A DNA stretch of 32,000 nt. Source: Methanocaldococcus jannaschii DSM 2661 (GTDB lineage Archaea; AGJL01; Methanococci; Methanococcales; Methanocaldococcaceae). The stretch's first letter is position 1, and the number at the start of each line of letters is the position of its first letter. The notes beneath the pieces are model-generated. The model was not told the DNA's origin, did no database searches, and saw nothing but the letters and a program-made list of their open reading frames with translations. The DNA lies in NCBI RefSeq assembly GCF_000091665.1, contig NC_000909.1:30001-62000 (forward strand). The letters are read 5' to 3'. A program made the translations under genes and the position numbers. Of this stretch, positions 8,073-17,369 are shown piece by piece.

Positions 8073-8789
8073 ATGGAGGAGAGACTTAAAATTAAAGATT
8101 TTTATATAACGGTTGATAGATGTTTAGTTTATAAGGATTATGCAATAATAGCTGACACACATATAGGATTTGATGTCTTTTTTGGTGAAGGGGGAGCTAA
8201 CTTCCCATTATTGCAGAAAGATGAGGTTATAAAGAGGACTTTGAATATAATCGATAAATATAAAATTAACAATTTAATAATCAATGGGGATATAAAGCAC
8301 AACTTTAAGCCATATCCCAAGGAGATTAAGTTTTTAAAAGAGTTTATTGAGTTTTTGAGAGAATATATTAATGTTATTTTAATTAAAGGAAATCATGATA
8401 CTTTTATATCATCTGCTGGCTACGAAATCTTTGATTATTTTGAACTTGGTAATTATTTAATCTTTCATGGGGATAAAGAGATAAAAATAGATAGAGATTT
8501 ATTAAAAGAGAAGTTTTGGATTTTAGGGCATGAACATCCTTCAATAAAACTTAGAGATGATGTTGGTGCTATTCTAAAATTTCCTACCTATTTATTAAAC
8601 AAGAACTATATTGTTTTACCCGCTTTTAACCCTTTATCTCCTGGGAATGATTTAATCAATAACTCTGCATCATCCAAAATTATAAAGAAGAGTTACTTAG
8701 AGGCAGAGGTTATAGCAATAACTGATATTGGTCTGCTAAATTTTGGGACTCTTAGAGATTTGAGAGAGTTTGCTAAAACACATTTATGA
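8073..8789 (+). CDS. Metallophosphoesterase (archaeal SbcD/LigD-associated MPE-like)
   Basis: [12 protein letters not shown] ... [11 protein letters not shown] ... [11 protein letters not shown] ... ILGHEHPS calcineurin-like metal-binding motifs. Confidence 0.88.
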
Positions 8790-9443
8790 CTATTCTTTTA
8801 GATAGAATGTCATATTATCCTCATTCAATATTATTCCTTTCTTCCATTTTACAAATAAGTAGTATTTATCTTTTTTGTCATCTGAAAGCTCTTTTTCAAT
8901 TCTTTTAGCTATAATTCTCACAGGATTTTTCCCAATTCTCTCTTCAAAGTCCTTAAAACTTTCAAATTTTTTTGCTTCTCTCTCTTCAATAATTTTCCAC
9001 ATATATTTCTTTTTAATTTCTGGAAGTAATTCTAAGGTATGTAATCTTGTGGTTATTGGTGGGCATTCATTAAAGAATCTCACAAACCTATCCTCCTGTA
9101 TTTTAACGGCTTCCATTACTACATATAAAAGTTCTGATTTAGCTGTTGGAGTTAGTTGTTCATATTTAATCATTCTTCTAACGTGGTCTATTTTATCTCT
9201 CTTACCTTTTCCAATATAGACTCTTTCACCTAATTCAATATCTACATTTGGTTTTGGAATCATCTCCATTAATAAAAACTGATATTCTCCAAGCCCTTGA
9301 ACTATAGGTTCATCAGGTTTGTCGGGATAACCGTAAGGTAAATAATCCAAAACCCATGCGTAGTTTTCAAATTTTTGTGGCTTATTTTTTTTAGGAAATC
9401 TCATTCTTTCATCGTTTCCTTTTTTATATTGCCCTCTAACCAT
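8790..9443 (-). CDS. DUF655-type nucleic-acid-binding protein
   Basis: ENYAWVLDYLPYGYPD... QGLGEYQFLLMEMIPKPNVDIELGERVYIGKG... typical of the conserved protein encoded next to rpoF/L21e in archaea. Confidence 0.85.
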   Translation of the reverse strand: MVRGQYKKGNDERMRFPKKNKPQKFENYAWVLDYLPYGYPDKPDEPIVQGLGEYQFLLMEMIPKPNVDIELGERVYIGKGKRDKIDHVRRMIKYEQLTPTAKSELLYVVMEAVKIQEDRFVRFFNECPPITTRLHTLELLPEIKKKYMWKIIEEREAKKFESFKDFEERIGKNPVRIIAKRIEKELSDDKKDKYYLFVKWKKGIILNEDNMTFYLKE

Positions 9444-9500
9444 AAAATTTCACCCTTCATTTAAATCTACGAATATATCGGAGCAATAAACACCCTGGAC

Positions 9501-9620
9501 TTAATTTACACCTCCGAGCGTAGCGAGGAGGTGTTAGGTTTTGATGAAACCGAAGCATTAGCTTCGGGCTATGAAAACTCGGAGAGTTTTCATTTAACTT
9601 TTTCTAAAAGTTTCATTTAA
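9501..9620 (+). repeat. Composite/nested palindromic element (four consecutive hairpins) between rpoF and the DUF655 gene
   Basis: Hairpins ACACCTCC..GGAGGTGT (9508-9534), CCGAAGC-atta-GCTTCGG (9550-9567), GAAAACTC-gga-GAGTTTTC (9573-9591), AACTTTT-tct-AAAAGTT (9596-9612); outer ATGAAAC/GTTTCAT. Confidence 0.85.
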
Positions 9621-9650
9621 ATTTACAAATTTAAAGGAGTAATAAAAAAA

Positions 9651-9971
9651 TTAAATATATTTCCTAACGATTTCTAAGATTTCCTCAGCATTTTCTGGCA
9701 ATTCTCTTTTGTAATATATTGCTCTCAAATCATCTAAATCTTCAGGTAATATATCAGCTATTTTAACTGCTGTTTTTTCATCTATTCCTAAAGATATTAA
9801 CTCTTCAACCAATTTTTTTGCCTCTTCTTTATCTAATTTGGCAAACTTTTGTAAATAATCTAAAGCACATCCCTGTTCGTAAGATAACTCTCCAATTTGG
9901 GCTCTATTATACATAATTTCAGCAGCCTCTGATACTGTTACATACCTCTCTCCAAGGATTTTTTTGCCTAT
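9651..9971 (-). CDS. rpoF: DNA-directed RNA polymerase subunit Rpo4 (RpoF)
   Basis: MIGKKILGERYVTVSEAAEIMYNRAQIGELSYEQGCALDYLQKFAKL... and canonical neighbours L21e and DUF655. Confidence 0.9.
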   Translation of the reverse strand: MGKKILGERYVTVSEAAEIMYNRAQIGELSYEQGCALDYLQKFAKLDKEEAKKLVEELISLGIDEKTAVKIADILPEDLDDLRAIYYKRELPENAEEILEIVRKYI

Positions 9972-10097
9972 CATTCTCTCCCTCTTAGCTTGATACAATA
10001 AAAATATAATTTAATAATTTATTTCTGGAGTTGTATTTAAATCAAGGAAAAATAATTAAAGTGTTTAATTAATAGAGATTTTTATGAAATTAAATAT

Positions 10098-10394
10098 TTA
10101 TGCAGTAGCAGGTCTTAAATGCTGTGGGTAAGCAATGATTTGTTTGTATTTTCCTCCATCTCTTACTTTAACAATAAATGCTCTTCCCTGCTTACCAACA
10201 ACAATCCCTGTTCTTCCATGAAATCTTGGGTGTGGCATTCCCTTATGGACTGATGGATCTATAACTATATGGACATACTCTCCTTCTTTAAACTCTCTCA
10301 AAGCTCTTGTTATTGGATAGAGACCTCTTTCTCTTGGGTGTTTTGATAACTTCTTTCTTGTTTTTCTTCTAAATCCTTCACTCATTTGAACCAT
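10098..10394 (-). CDS. rpl21e: Ribosomal protein L21e
   Basis: [65 protein letters not shown]...; internal ATG at 10392-10394 with GGTGA ribosome site preferred over the long track ORF. Confidence 0.95.
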   Translation of the reverse strand: MVQMSEGFRRKTRKKLSKHPRERGLYPITRALREFKEGEYVHIVIDPSVHKGMPHPRFHGRTGIVVGKQGRAFIVKVRDGGKYKQIIAYPQHLRPATA

Positions 10395-10428
10395 AATTCT
10401 CACCTTTTTGAATAGGTTTTTAAATGAG

Positions 10429-10495
10429 GCATTAATTGCCTCTGAAAGAGGCAACTTAATGCATCTGTTTTGATCAACCTTTTTCTAAAAGGTTG
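10429..10495 (+). repeat. Type B palindromic element between pus10 and rpl21e (overlaps the pus10 3' end)
   Basis: GCATTAA-ttGCCTC-tgaaa-GAGGCaac-TTAATGC (10429-10462) then catctgttttgat and CAACCTTTT-tct-AAAAGGTTG (10475-10495), homologous to 3375-3439. Confidence 0.88.
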
Positions 10496-11790
10496 TTATC
10501 GTGTATTTTCAAAACATCTAATTCCTTACAGATACAGTTTTTATTTAATATAGATGAGACTGATGGGTTTGTTCTCCCATCATCTCCACTGATTAGCTCT
10601 TTTATATATAATCCACCATCACAATATATAATCATCTCAAAATGATTGTCATCTACTTTACTGGTTTTAACTTTATATACCTTACGGATTCTCTCTAAAT
10701 CAGCTCTTCTATGTAAAACCCTTTTTGGTGTTTTTTGATAGATAGTTCTATTTTCAAGTTCTTTTTCAAGGAGTTTTAGTTCTTCATCAGTAATTTTATC
10801 AGAGCATTCAACTAAAGCCCTATATGTTTTTCTATGTGGAGTGTTTTTAAATATAACTTTATCCTTCCTAACACCAAACTCTAAGTTTAAAACCTCTACT
10901 CTACCATCCTTATTAATTTCCTCAGCAATTTTATTTAAATCAATTTTTCTTATCTTTGGCTCTTTAATCTCTAAAACAAATGGTCTTCCATCTCCAAGCA
11001 TTCTTACATCAATATCTTCTCTCCCAGCTCCATGGAATTTTGCATCTACTCCTTTTGTTGCCTCTAAGAATGGTTTGGCAATAATTTCTTCAACTGATAT
11101 TGGATATTTTTTACCTGTGTAGTTGCAGAGCTCACAACCTTTTCCTCTACACTTTCTGCAAGGCCATCTTGTTTGTGGAATCCCCCTAACTAATTTTCTA
11201 TATCTTCCTTTAATAAATAAAGGATTTATTTGTAGATAGATTTCTTCAGTGTATGGATTTATATGCACAACAATATCTGGATATTCTTTATCTGGGGCTT
11301 TATCTAACCTAACTGCCAACATCTTCCCAAATTCTCTACCAAATTCCTGCTTTATACTCTCCATAAATTCTGTTTCAATCTCTTTCTCAAGGTCTTTAAT
11401 CTCTTCTGGTATGTGAGTTCCAATTAAAAATGTATCAAAATCATATTCTTTTAAAAGTTCAATGGCTTTATTTAACAACTTTTCCATTTTTTGTTTGTTA
11501 AAAATGCCTCTACACCATGGGCAGTTCTCTTTCTCTATCTCTATATCTTCCAATCTTATTTCATCAACTCCACTTTTTGCCAAAGCTTTTAATAACTCTA
11601 ATTCTTCTTCATAATTTATTCCTTTTTCCTTAGCTTTTTTTATCTTTGCCTCAAGTTCCAAAGCTTTATATAGCTTTAACGCCCTACCTCTTTCAGTGTT
11701 TGTTGTATGTAATAACTTAGCATACAACCTTCCAAAGCATCTATCACAGAGAGGATATTTTTTTAATATTTCATAATTTATAATCTCCAT
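10474..11790 (-). CDS. pus10: tRNA pseudouridine synthase Pus10
   Basis: [31 protein letters not shown]... [25 protein letters not shown]... TKIDDNHF... [21 protein letters not shown]. Confidence 0.93.
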   Translation of the reverse strand: MEIINYEILKKYPLCDRCFGRLYAKLLHTTNTERGRALKLYKALELEAKIKKAKEKGINYEEELELLKALAKSGVDEIRLEDIEIEKENCPWCRGIFNKQKMEKLLNKAIELLKEYDFDTFLIGTHIPEEIKDLEKEIETEFMESIKQEFGREFGKMLAVRLDKAPDKEYPDIVVHINPYTEEIYLQINPLFIKGRYRKLVRGIPQTRWPCRKCRGKGCELCNYTGKKYPISVEEIIAKPFLEATKGVDAKFHGAGREDIDVRMLGDGRPFVLEIKEPKIRKIDLNKIAEEINKDGRVEVLNLEFGVRKDKVIFKNTPHRKTYRALVECSDKITDEELKLLEKELENRTIYQKTPKRVLHRRADLERIRKVYKVKTSKVDDNHFEMIIYCDGGLYIKELISGDDGRTNPSVSSILNKNCICKELDVLKIHDNNLLEKG

Positions 11791-11879
11791 GTTTCTCCCC
11801 GTTGGACTTATTATTTGCTTATTTATTATACTAGCCATGATAGTTCATAATATAGTTAATATTAAAAATTAAGTAAGTT

Positions 11880-12527
11880 TTAAATCATTGTTGGCTCCCA
11901 AAATGCAATCCAACACTTTATAAGCTTTTCAATTAACTCCGGTCTTTGTGATAATGGTGGATTTTCTGAATATTTCTCTCCTAAGTATAACCTTAGTCCT
12001 TCATCTCCCTCTTTAAGCTCAAATCCTAATTTTTCTGCTATCTCTTCCATTCTTTCTTTTGGTAGCTTTATTTTACTTTTATTAACTCCCTCAATAATAC
12101 CAAATTTTTGCTTTACGTATATATCGTTATCTTCATCAACTTGGAAATTTTTAGTTTTGACACTACCACAATAGTGAGATACGGATTTAACTACATATAC
12201 CATTCCTCTATATTCTGGTTTTTTAGCAATTTGCCATATTCTGAATTCATATATTTCTCCATTTATGTTTGCTTTTACTCTAAGGGCTTTTAATACATCC
12301 TCAGATTTTGTATCTTTATATGGTGAAGTTTTCTTTGTTTCCTCTATTTCAAGTATTTTTACATCTAAAAAATCTTTATCTCTTTTATTTTTCATTTTCT
12401 CACCCATAGGTTTTACTACGTATATTGAAGTCCCACATTTAGGGCATTTTACTTCCATAGCGTCTCCCCCACTATCTTCTTCAACAACATATATCCATGC
12501 CCCACATTCTGGACATTTCACATTCAT
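11880..12527 (-). CDS. Conserved hypothetical protein with tandem N-terminal zinc ribbons
   Basis: MNVKCPECGAWIYVVEEDSGGDAMEVKCPKCGTSIYVV; remainder not confidently assigned. Confidence 0.75.
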   Translation of the reverse strand: MNVKCPECGAWIYVVEEDSGGDAMEVKCPKCGTSIYVVKPMGEKMKNKRDKDFLDVKILEIEETKKTSPYKDTKSEDVLKALRVKANINGEIYEFRIWQIAKKPEYRGMVYVVKSVSHYCGSVKTKNFQVDEDNDIYVKQKFGIIEGVNKSKIKLPKERMEEIAEKLGFELKEGDEGLRLYLGEKYSENPPLSQRPELIEKLIKCWIAFWEPTMI

Positions 12528-12754
12528 AAGGTATCACCTAACTTTACCTTTTCATTACCTTTTCATTCTCAGATAATACCTTAGGTTATCTAATATATAA
12601 ACTTTTCGGTATCTTTTTTGTATCTTATTAAAATTAGGTATTACCTAACATGACATAATAATTTGTATATTTAAATAAATATACATTACTCTAAAAAACA
12701 AGTTTTAAAAGTAAGGAAAATTAAGCATTAAAAATTAACCATAATGGTGATACA

Positions 12755-15112
12755 ATGATAGCTAATGTTGATTTGCACATCCATTCAAGATTCTCTGGTG
12801 GAACATCAAAGGATATGAATGTAGAGAACATCCTAAAATATGGAAAACTAAAGGGATTAAACATTATTGGAACTGGCGACTGCACACATCCAGATTATTT
12901 AGAAGAGATAAAGCAATACAAAGATAGAGAGCTAATTTTAACTACTGAAATTGAAGATAAAAACAGAGTTCATCACCTTATCTTATTGCCTTCAATAAGC
13001 AAAGTAGAAGAGCTTAGAGAGATTTTAAAAAAATACTCTAAGGATATTGATAAAGAGGGAAGGCCAAGAGTATCTATTGGTGGAGCTGAGCTTTTAGAGA
13101 TTGTTAGAGACGTTGGTGGCTTAATAGGTCCTGCTCATTGCGTTCCTCCAGATACACTGCTGATATTAGAAAATGGCTTTAAAAGAATAGTCGATATAAA
13201 AGTAGGAGATAAGGTATTAACTCATGAAAATAGGTTTAAAAAAGTTGAAAAAGTTTATAAAAGAAGATATATTGGAGACATAATAAAGATTAAAGTTAGA
13301 TACTTCCCAGAGGAGATAATATTAACTCCTGAACATCCGGTTTATGCAATTAAAACAGAAAAGAGATGTGACGGCTCTCATGGAATTTGTAAATTCAACT
13401 GCTTAACTCAATATACAAATCCTTCATGTAAAAAGAGGTATAGAAAATATAAGAGAGAATGGATTATAGCTAAGGATTTAAAAGTGGGCGATGTGATTGT
13501 CTATCCAATACCGAATAGAGTGAGAGACATTAAATATCTGTCATTAGATAAGTATCTTAGCAATATTAAAAGAGAGTTCTGTAGAAGTAGAATCCCAGAA
13601 AAAATTGAAGTTTCTGAAGAGTTTTGTAGATTAGTTGGATATTTCTTATCTGAAGGTTATTGCTTTAGAGATGGGATAGGATTTGCATTAGGAGAAAATG
13701 AGAAAAAAATCATTGATGATATAGAATATTTGATGAAGAAAATATTCAACTTAAAACCGAAAATAAGAGATGATGGAAGAAGTGAAGGAATAGAATTAAA
13801 ATATTACTCAAGAGTTTTAAGAGATTTCTTTGGAGACATGTTTTATTGTGGAGACGAAAAAAGAGCTTGGAATAAAGCTTTACCTAATGAGTTTTTATAT
13901 CTTCCTAAGAATAAACAACTTCAAATATTTATTGGATGGTGGAGAGGAGATAAAGGTGTAACAACTTCAGAGATTTTAATGAATCAGTTAAGATTGATTT
14001 CTTTAAGATTAGGTTTTATAATAACATTTAGCAAACATGTTCCAAAAAATCCAAAAATTGGAGATAGAGAAGTTATTAAATACCATGCAAGATGGCAGGG
14101 GAGAGTATCAATATTGGATGAAAAAATTGTAGATGAGTTAAAAAACGAAGATATTAAGCTTCCAAAAAAAGATGTTAGATATGGATGGATTAAAGGAAAT
14201 TACCTATATGCTCCAATTATAAGAATAGGGAGGGAGTATTATGATGGATTTGTATATAACTTGGAGGTTGAAGATGATTCAAGCTATGTAACTGTTTCAG
14301 GAACTTTACATAACTGCTTTACTCCATGGACATCCCTCTATAAATCTTTTGATTCAATATATGACTGCTATAACAAAAAACCTGACTTTGTAGAGCTTGG
14401 TTTGTCAGCAGATACTGATATGGCAGACATGATTCCTGAGCTAAGAGATTTGCCATTTTTATCAAATTCAGATGCCCATTCATATCATCCTCATAGATTG
14501 GGAAGAGAATTTAATCAAATAGAGGTTGATTATATTGGCGGAATTGAAGATAACTTTGAACAAATAAAAAAGGCAATAAAACATAATAAAATTATAGCTA
14601 ACTATGGATTAGACCCAAAATTGGGGAAGTATCATTTAACTGCTTGCTCTAAATGCCACACAAGGTTTAAGTTAGAAGATGCTAAGAAATATAATTGGAA
14701 ATGCCCAAAGTGTGGAGGAAGTATAAAGAAAGGAGTTTTAAGTAGAGTTGAAGAGCTGAGTGATGGAAAGATAGAGCATCCAAAATTTAGACCTCCCTAT
14801 TATAAGCTAATTCCATTGGCTGAGATGATTAGCCTAACTATTGGTAAAGGGATATTTACAAAGGCTGTTCAAAGCTTATGGGAGGAGTTTATTAAAAAGT
14901 ATGGAAATGAGATTGAGGTTTTGATAAATGCTGATATTGATGAGCTTTCAAAAATACATCCAAAAGTAGCAGAGACAATTAATCTATTTAGGAAGGGAAA
15001 AATATACATCTATCCTGGTGGTGGAGGAGAATATGGAAAAATATCCTTTAAACCTCAAAAAGTAGAGTGGTATAGGGAGGAGGTAACATTAGATAGATGG
15101 TTAAAGCAATAA
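12755..15112 (+). CDS. PHP-domain endonuclease Q (EndoQ)-like protein interrupted by an intein
   Basis: IANVDLHIHSRFSGGTSKDM (PHP HxH), LLPS, GLIGPAHC|...|CFTPWTSLYKSFDSIYD, ELGLSADTDMAD, LSNSDAHSYHPHRLGREF, zinc-binding CSKCHTRF... CPKCGG. Confidence 0.88.
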   Translation: MIANVDLHIHSRFSGGTSKDMNVENILKYGKLKGLNIIGTGDCTHPDYLEEIKQYKDRELILTTEIEDKNRVHHLILLPSISKVEELREILKKYSKDIDKEGRPRVSIGGAELLEIVRDVGGLIGPAHCVPPDTLLILENGFKRIVDIKVGDKVLTHENRFKKVEKVYKRRYIGDIIKIKVRYFPEEIILTPEHPVYAIKTEKRCDGSHGICKFNCLTQYTNPSCKKRYRKYKREWIIAKDLKVGDVIVYPIPNRVRDIKYLSLDKYLSNIKREFCRSRIPEKIEVSEEFCRLVGYFLSEGYCFRDGIGFALGENEKKIIDDIEYLMKKIFNLKPKIRDDGRSEGIELKYYSRVLRDFFGDMFYCGDEKRAWNKALPNEFLYLPKNKQLQIFIGWWRGDKGVTTSEILMNQLRLISLRLGFIITFSKHVPKNPKIGDREVIKYHARWQGRVSILDEKIVDELKNEDIKLPKKDVRYGWIKGNYLYAPIIRIGREYYDGFVYNLEVEDDSSYVTVSGTLHNCFTPWTSLYKSFDSIYDCYNKKPDFVELGLSADTDMADMIPELRDLPFLSNSDAHSYHPHRLGREFNQIEVDYIGGIEDNFEQIKKAIKHNKIIANYGLDPKLGKYHLTACSKCHTRFKLEDAKKYNWKCPKCGGSIKKGVLSRVEELSDGKIEHPKFRPPYYKLIPLAEMISLTIGKGIFTKAVQSLWEEFIKKYGNEIEVLINADIDELSKIHPKVAETINLFRKGKIYIYPGGGGEYGKISFKPQKVEWYREEVTLDRWLKQ
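13139..14314 (+). mobile_element. Intein with LAGLIDADG homing endonuclease inserted in the EndoQ-like protein
   Basis: Begins CVPPDTLLILENGFKRIVDIKVGDKVLTHENRFKKVEKV (blocks A/B), LAGLIDADG-like LVGYFLSEGY and FIGWWRGDKG, ends YDGFVYNLEVEDDSSYVTVSGTLHN|C; 392 aa. Confidence 0.95.
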
Positions 15113-15116
15113 AAAC

Positions 15117-15899
15117 TTATTCTGAAAAATCAATTTCTGTTCCTTCAACCTCCCCCAATAAAGCTTTGTATATATTATTAGCTTTATTTCCATTAAATAC
15201 AAAACCTCTACACTTATTTTTCCTAATCATGTCTATCTTATACTTCATTCCACCAGTAACATCTATACTATTAGAACCACTTAAATAATTCAAAATTTTA
15301 TAGATATTATTTTTATCAATCCTCTTTATTGGCTTATTATCTATTAAAACACCATCAACATCTGTAGCATAGAGAATTAAATCAGCTTTTAATTCATTTG
15401 CCAAATATGGAACTATGTCATCTCCAGAAATTATTCTATAGCCGTTTTTATCATCAATTACAATATCTCCATGAATAACTGGAACTAAATTCCTTTTAAG
15501 CATCTCTTTTATAGCAGAGGTATCAAAAATTAACTTATCCCCAAAAACGACAAACGAAGATGGTTGTATAGAAACAGCTGGGATGTCATAGCTCTGTAGA
15601 GTGTCTATAATGATGTTGTTAAATCTTCTCATTGCTCTTTGAATTTCCCAAAATCCTTTCTCCATGTTTATAAATATTTTTTTGCCATCTTCAATTTTTA
15701 AGTATTTTTTAGCTACTGGATGACCAAAAGCTCCTCCTCCATGGACGAGTATTAATTTTATCTCTTTATTTTGGTTTTTATAATAATCCAAGGCGTTTTT
15801 TATCTCCATTGCTATTCTCTCCAAGTTGTCCCATTTTATTGAGTATGGAACATTTTTATCTGATAAAATACTCCCTCCTAATTTTAATATGGTTAGCAT
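15117..15899 (-). CDS. ipk: Isopentenyl phosphate kinase
   Basis: MLTILKLGGSILSDKNVPYSI... LILVHGGGAFGHPVAKKY... GDIVIDDKNGYRIISGDDIVPYLA... DVTGGMKYKI; amino acid kinase fold with conserved His. Confidence 0.9.
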   Translation of the reverse strand: MLTILKLGGSILSDKNVPYSIKWDNLERIAMEIKNALDYYKNQNKEIKLILVHGGGAFGHPVAKKYLKIEDGKKIFINMEKGFWEIQRAMRRFNNIIIDTLQSYDIPAVSIQPSSFVVFGDKLIFDTSAIKEMLKRNLVPVIHGDIVIDDKNGYRIISGDDIVPYLANELKADLILYATDVDGVLIDNKPIKRIDKNNIYKILNYLSGSNSIDVTGGMKYKIDMIRKNKCRGFVFNGNKANNIYKALLGEVEGTEIDFSE

Positions 15900-15903
15900 A
15901 ATA

Positions 15904-16569
15904 TTACCTCCTTATAATTAAGACTTTATTTCCTCCTTTCATAAATTCATAATCTGTCTTTTCAATCCTTGCTTTATATTCCTTTAAAATCTTGTCCAAA
16001 AATATTGATTTCTCCCCTCTTAAATTTAATATTGGGAATATTCTAATTTCTTCAGAAATCCTTAAAAGCTCATCAATTGTTTCTTTATGGAATTGATAGT
16101 TGAGGATATTATCATACAACAACAAAAAATGCCCTACAAGAGAAATAGCAAATTCATCATCTTTAAAATTCGTTTTTGGATAAGTTGTGTAGATATATCT
16201 TTTCCTATTTGTTTTATAATCCTCAATAAATGTTTTGTAAGTTCTTTCTCTTGTTTTCTTCCATTCATCAACTGTTTTAAATTCATTCCAGTTAAAGTTG
16301 TTTTTAAACATCCCTCTTAAATGTTTTTCCATAAAATCCAAGTCTTTTTTACATTTTTCTTCAATTTCCTCTGGTTTTAGATTATAAATTTTATCTGAAG
16401 ATGTAATGTTATAGCCTTTTTTATTCCCTTCTGCACAAAAAGAGCTAACTCCAGAGGCAACATCTAAGATTTTGTTGCTTAATAAATCTTCATTTAAATT
16501 AAACATCCTTACATATTCATTAAAATTCCTTCCAAGTAAGACAGTATCTTTTAAATTCAAATATCTCAC
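15904..16569 (-). CDS. Putative class I SAM-dependent methyltransferase-like protein
   Basis: ILDVASGVSSFCAEGNKKGYNITSSDKIY motif I-like; archaeal hypothetical. Confidence 0.6.
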   Translation of the reverse strand: MRYLNLKDTVLLGRNFNEYVRMFNLNEDLLSNKILDVASGVSSFCAEGNKKGYNITSSDKIYNLKPEEIEEKCKKDLDFMEKHLRGMFKNNFNWNEFKTVDEWKKTRERTYKTFIEDYKTNRKRYIYTTYPKTNFKDDEFAISLVGHFLLLYDNILNYQFHKETIDELLRISEEIRIFPILNLRGEKSIFLDKILKEYKARIEKTDYEFMKGGNKVLIIRR

Positions 16570-17351
16570 CCTTTTATTCCCTTAATAATATATCTCAACC
16601 TATTTCCAGTTTTAATTTCATCAACCTCAACATCTAATCCAACTTCTTTCATCTTTTTAATTATAAGCTCTCTTCTTTTTTCTGGTTTCTTTGGCATCAT
16701 TAAAGAGATAACTCCTTTTTTATTTAAAAAGTTGATTCCCTCCTCAATTATTTTAAATGAAAATTCCTCTCCAAATTTTCCTCCACCAATTAGCTCAACA
16801 TTTTTAGCTAAAGCCCCCCCAAACTTTCTTCCACTTGCTACTGAATTTTTTGAATAGAAAGGAGGATAAGAAATAATTAAATCGAATTTTTTATCTTTAA
16901 GCTCTTCAATGCCTTCAATAGCTCTACCCTTAGAGTTTATAATCTTTATATCTAACTTATTTTTCTCTATGTTTCTTTTAGCAAAATCTATAAATTCTTC
17001 ATCAACCTCAGTGGCATAAACTTCAGCATTATAAAATTTTTTTATTAATAAGGAGATTATGGCAGAGTGCCCAGTCCCAATCTCTAAAACAGTTGGTTTT
17101 TCTATACCAAGCTCCTTTAAAGTTTCAAAAGTGGATTTTATAAAGAGATATCTGTTTATTGGTGTAGGGATTAATCCATTTTTATGAAATTCTATATCCA
17201 AATCAAATAAAACTTTCAAAACTGTTTTGTTATATTCTATTAACGCCTCTTTGTCTTTAAAGTTAATTCTAAGCTTATCTCCTTTTTTATAAACATACTT
17301 TTTTAATTTTTCATTGTATTTTATAGCATCTTCAATCTTTAATCCCAACAT
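16566..17351 (-). CDS. SAM-dependent methyltransferase, RlmF/METTL16-like (DUF890-type) candidate
   Basis: TVLEIGTGHSAIISLLIKKFYNAEVYATEVDEEFIDFAKRNI ... FDLIISYPPFYS (catalytic [N/S]xPP[Y/F]-like motif). Confidence 0.7.
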   Translation of the reverse strand: MLGLKIEDAIKYNEKLKKYVYKKGDKLRINFKDKEALIEYNKTVLKVLFDLDIEFHKNGLIPTPINRYLFIKSTFETLKELGIEKPTVLEIGTGHSAIISLLIKKFYNAEVYATEVDEEFIDFAKRNIEKNKLDIKIINSKGRAIEGIEELKDKKFDLIISYPPFYSKNSVASGRKFGGALAKNVELIGGGKFGEEFSFKIIEEGINFLNKKGVISLMMPKKPEKRRELIIKKMKEVGLDVEVDEIKTGNRLRYIIKGIKG

Positions 17352-17369
17352 ATCTCTTCCTCTTTATCT

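Noticed and set aside
9457-9480. RYIRRFK* on minus strand as a certain rpoF tail duplicate
   Set aside because: Similarity to EIVRKYI* is short and needs conservative-match counting, and the 194 bp offset differs from the other cases; kept only as a weak remark.
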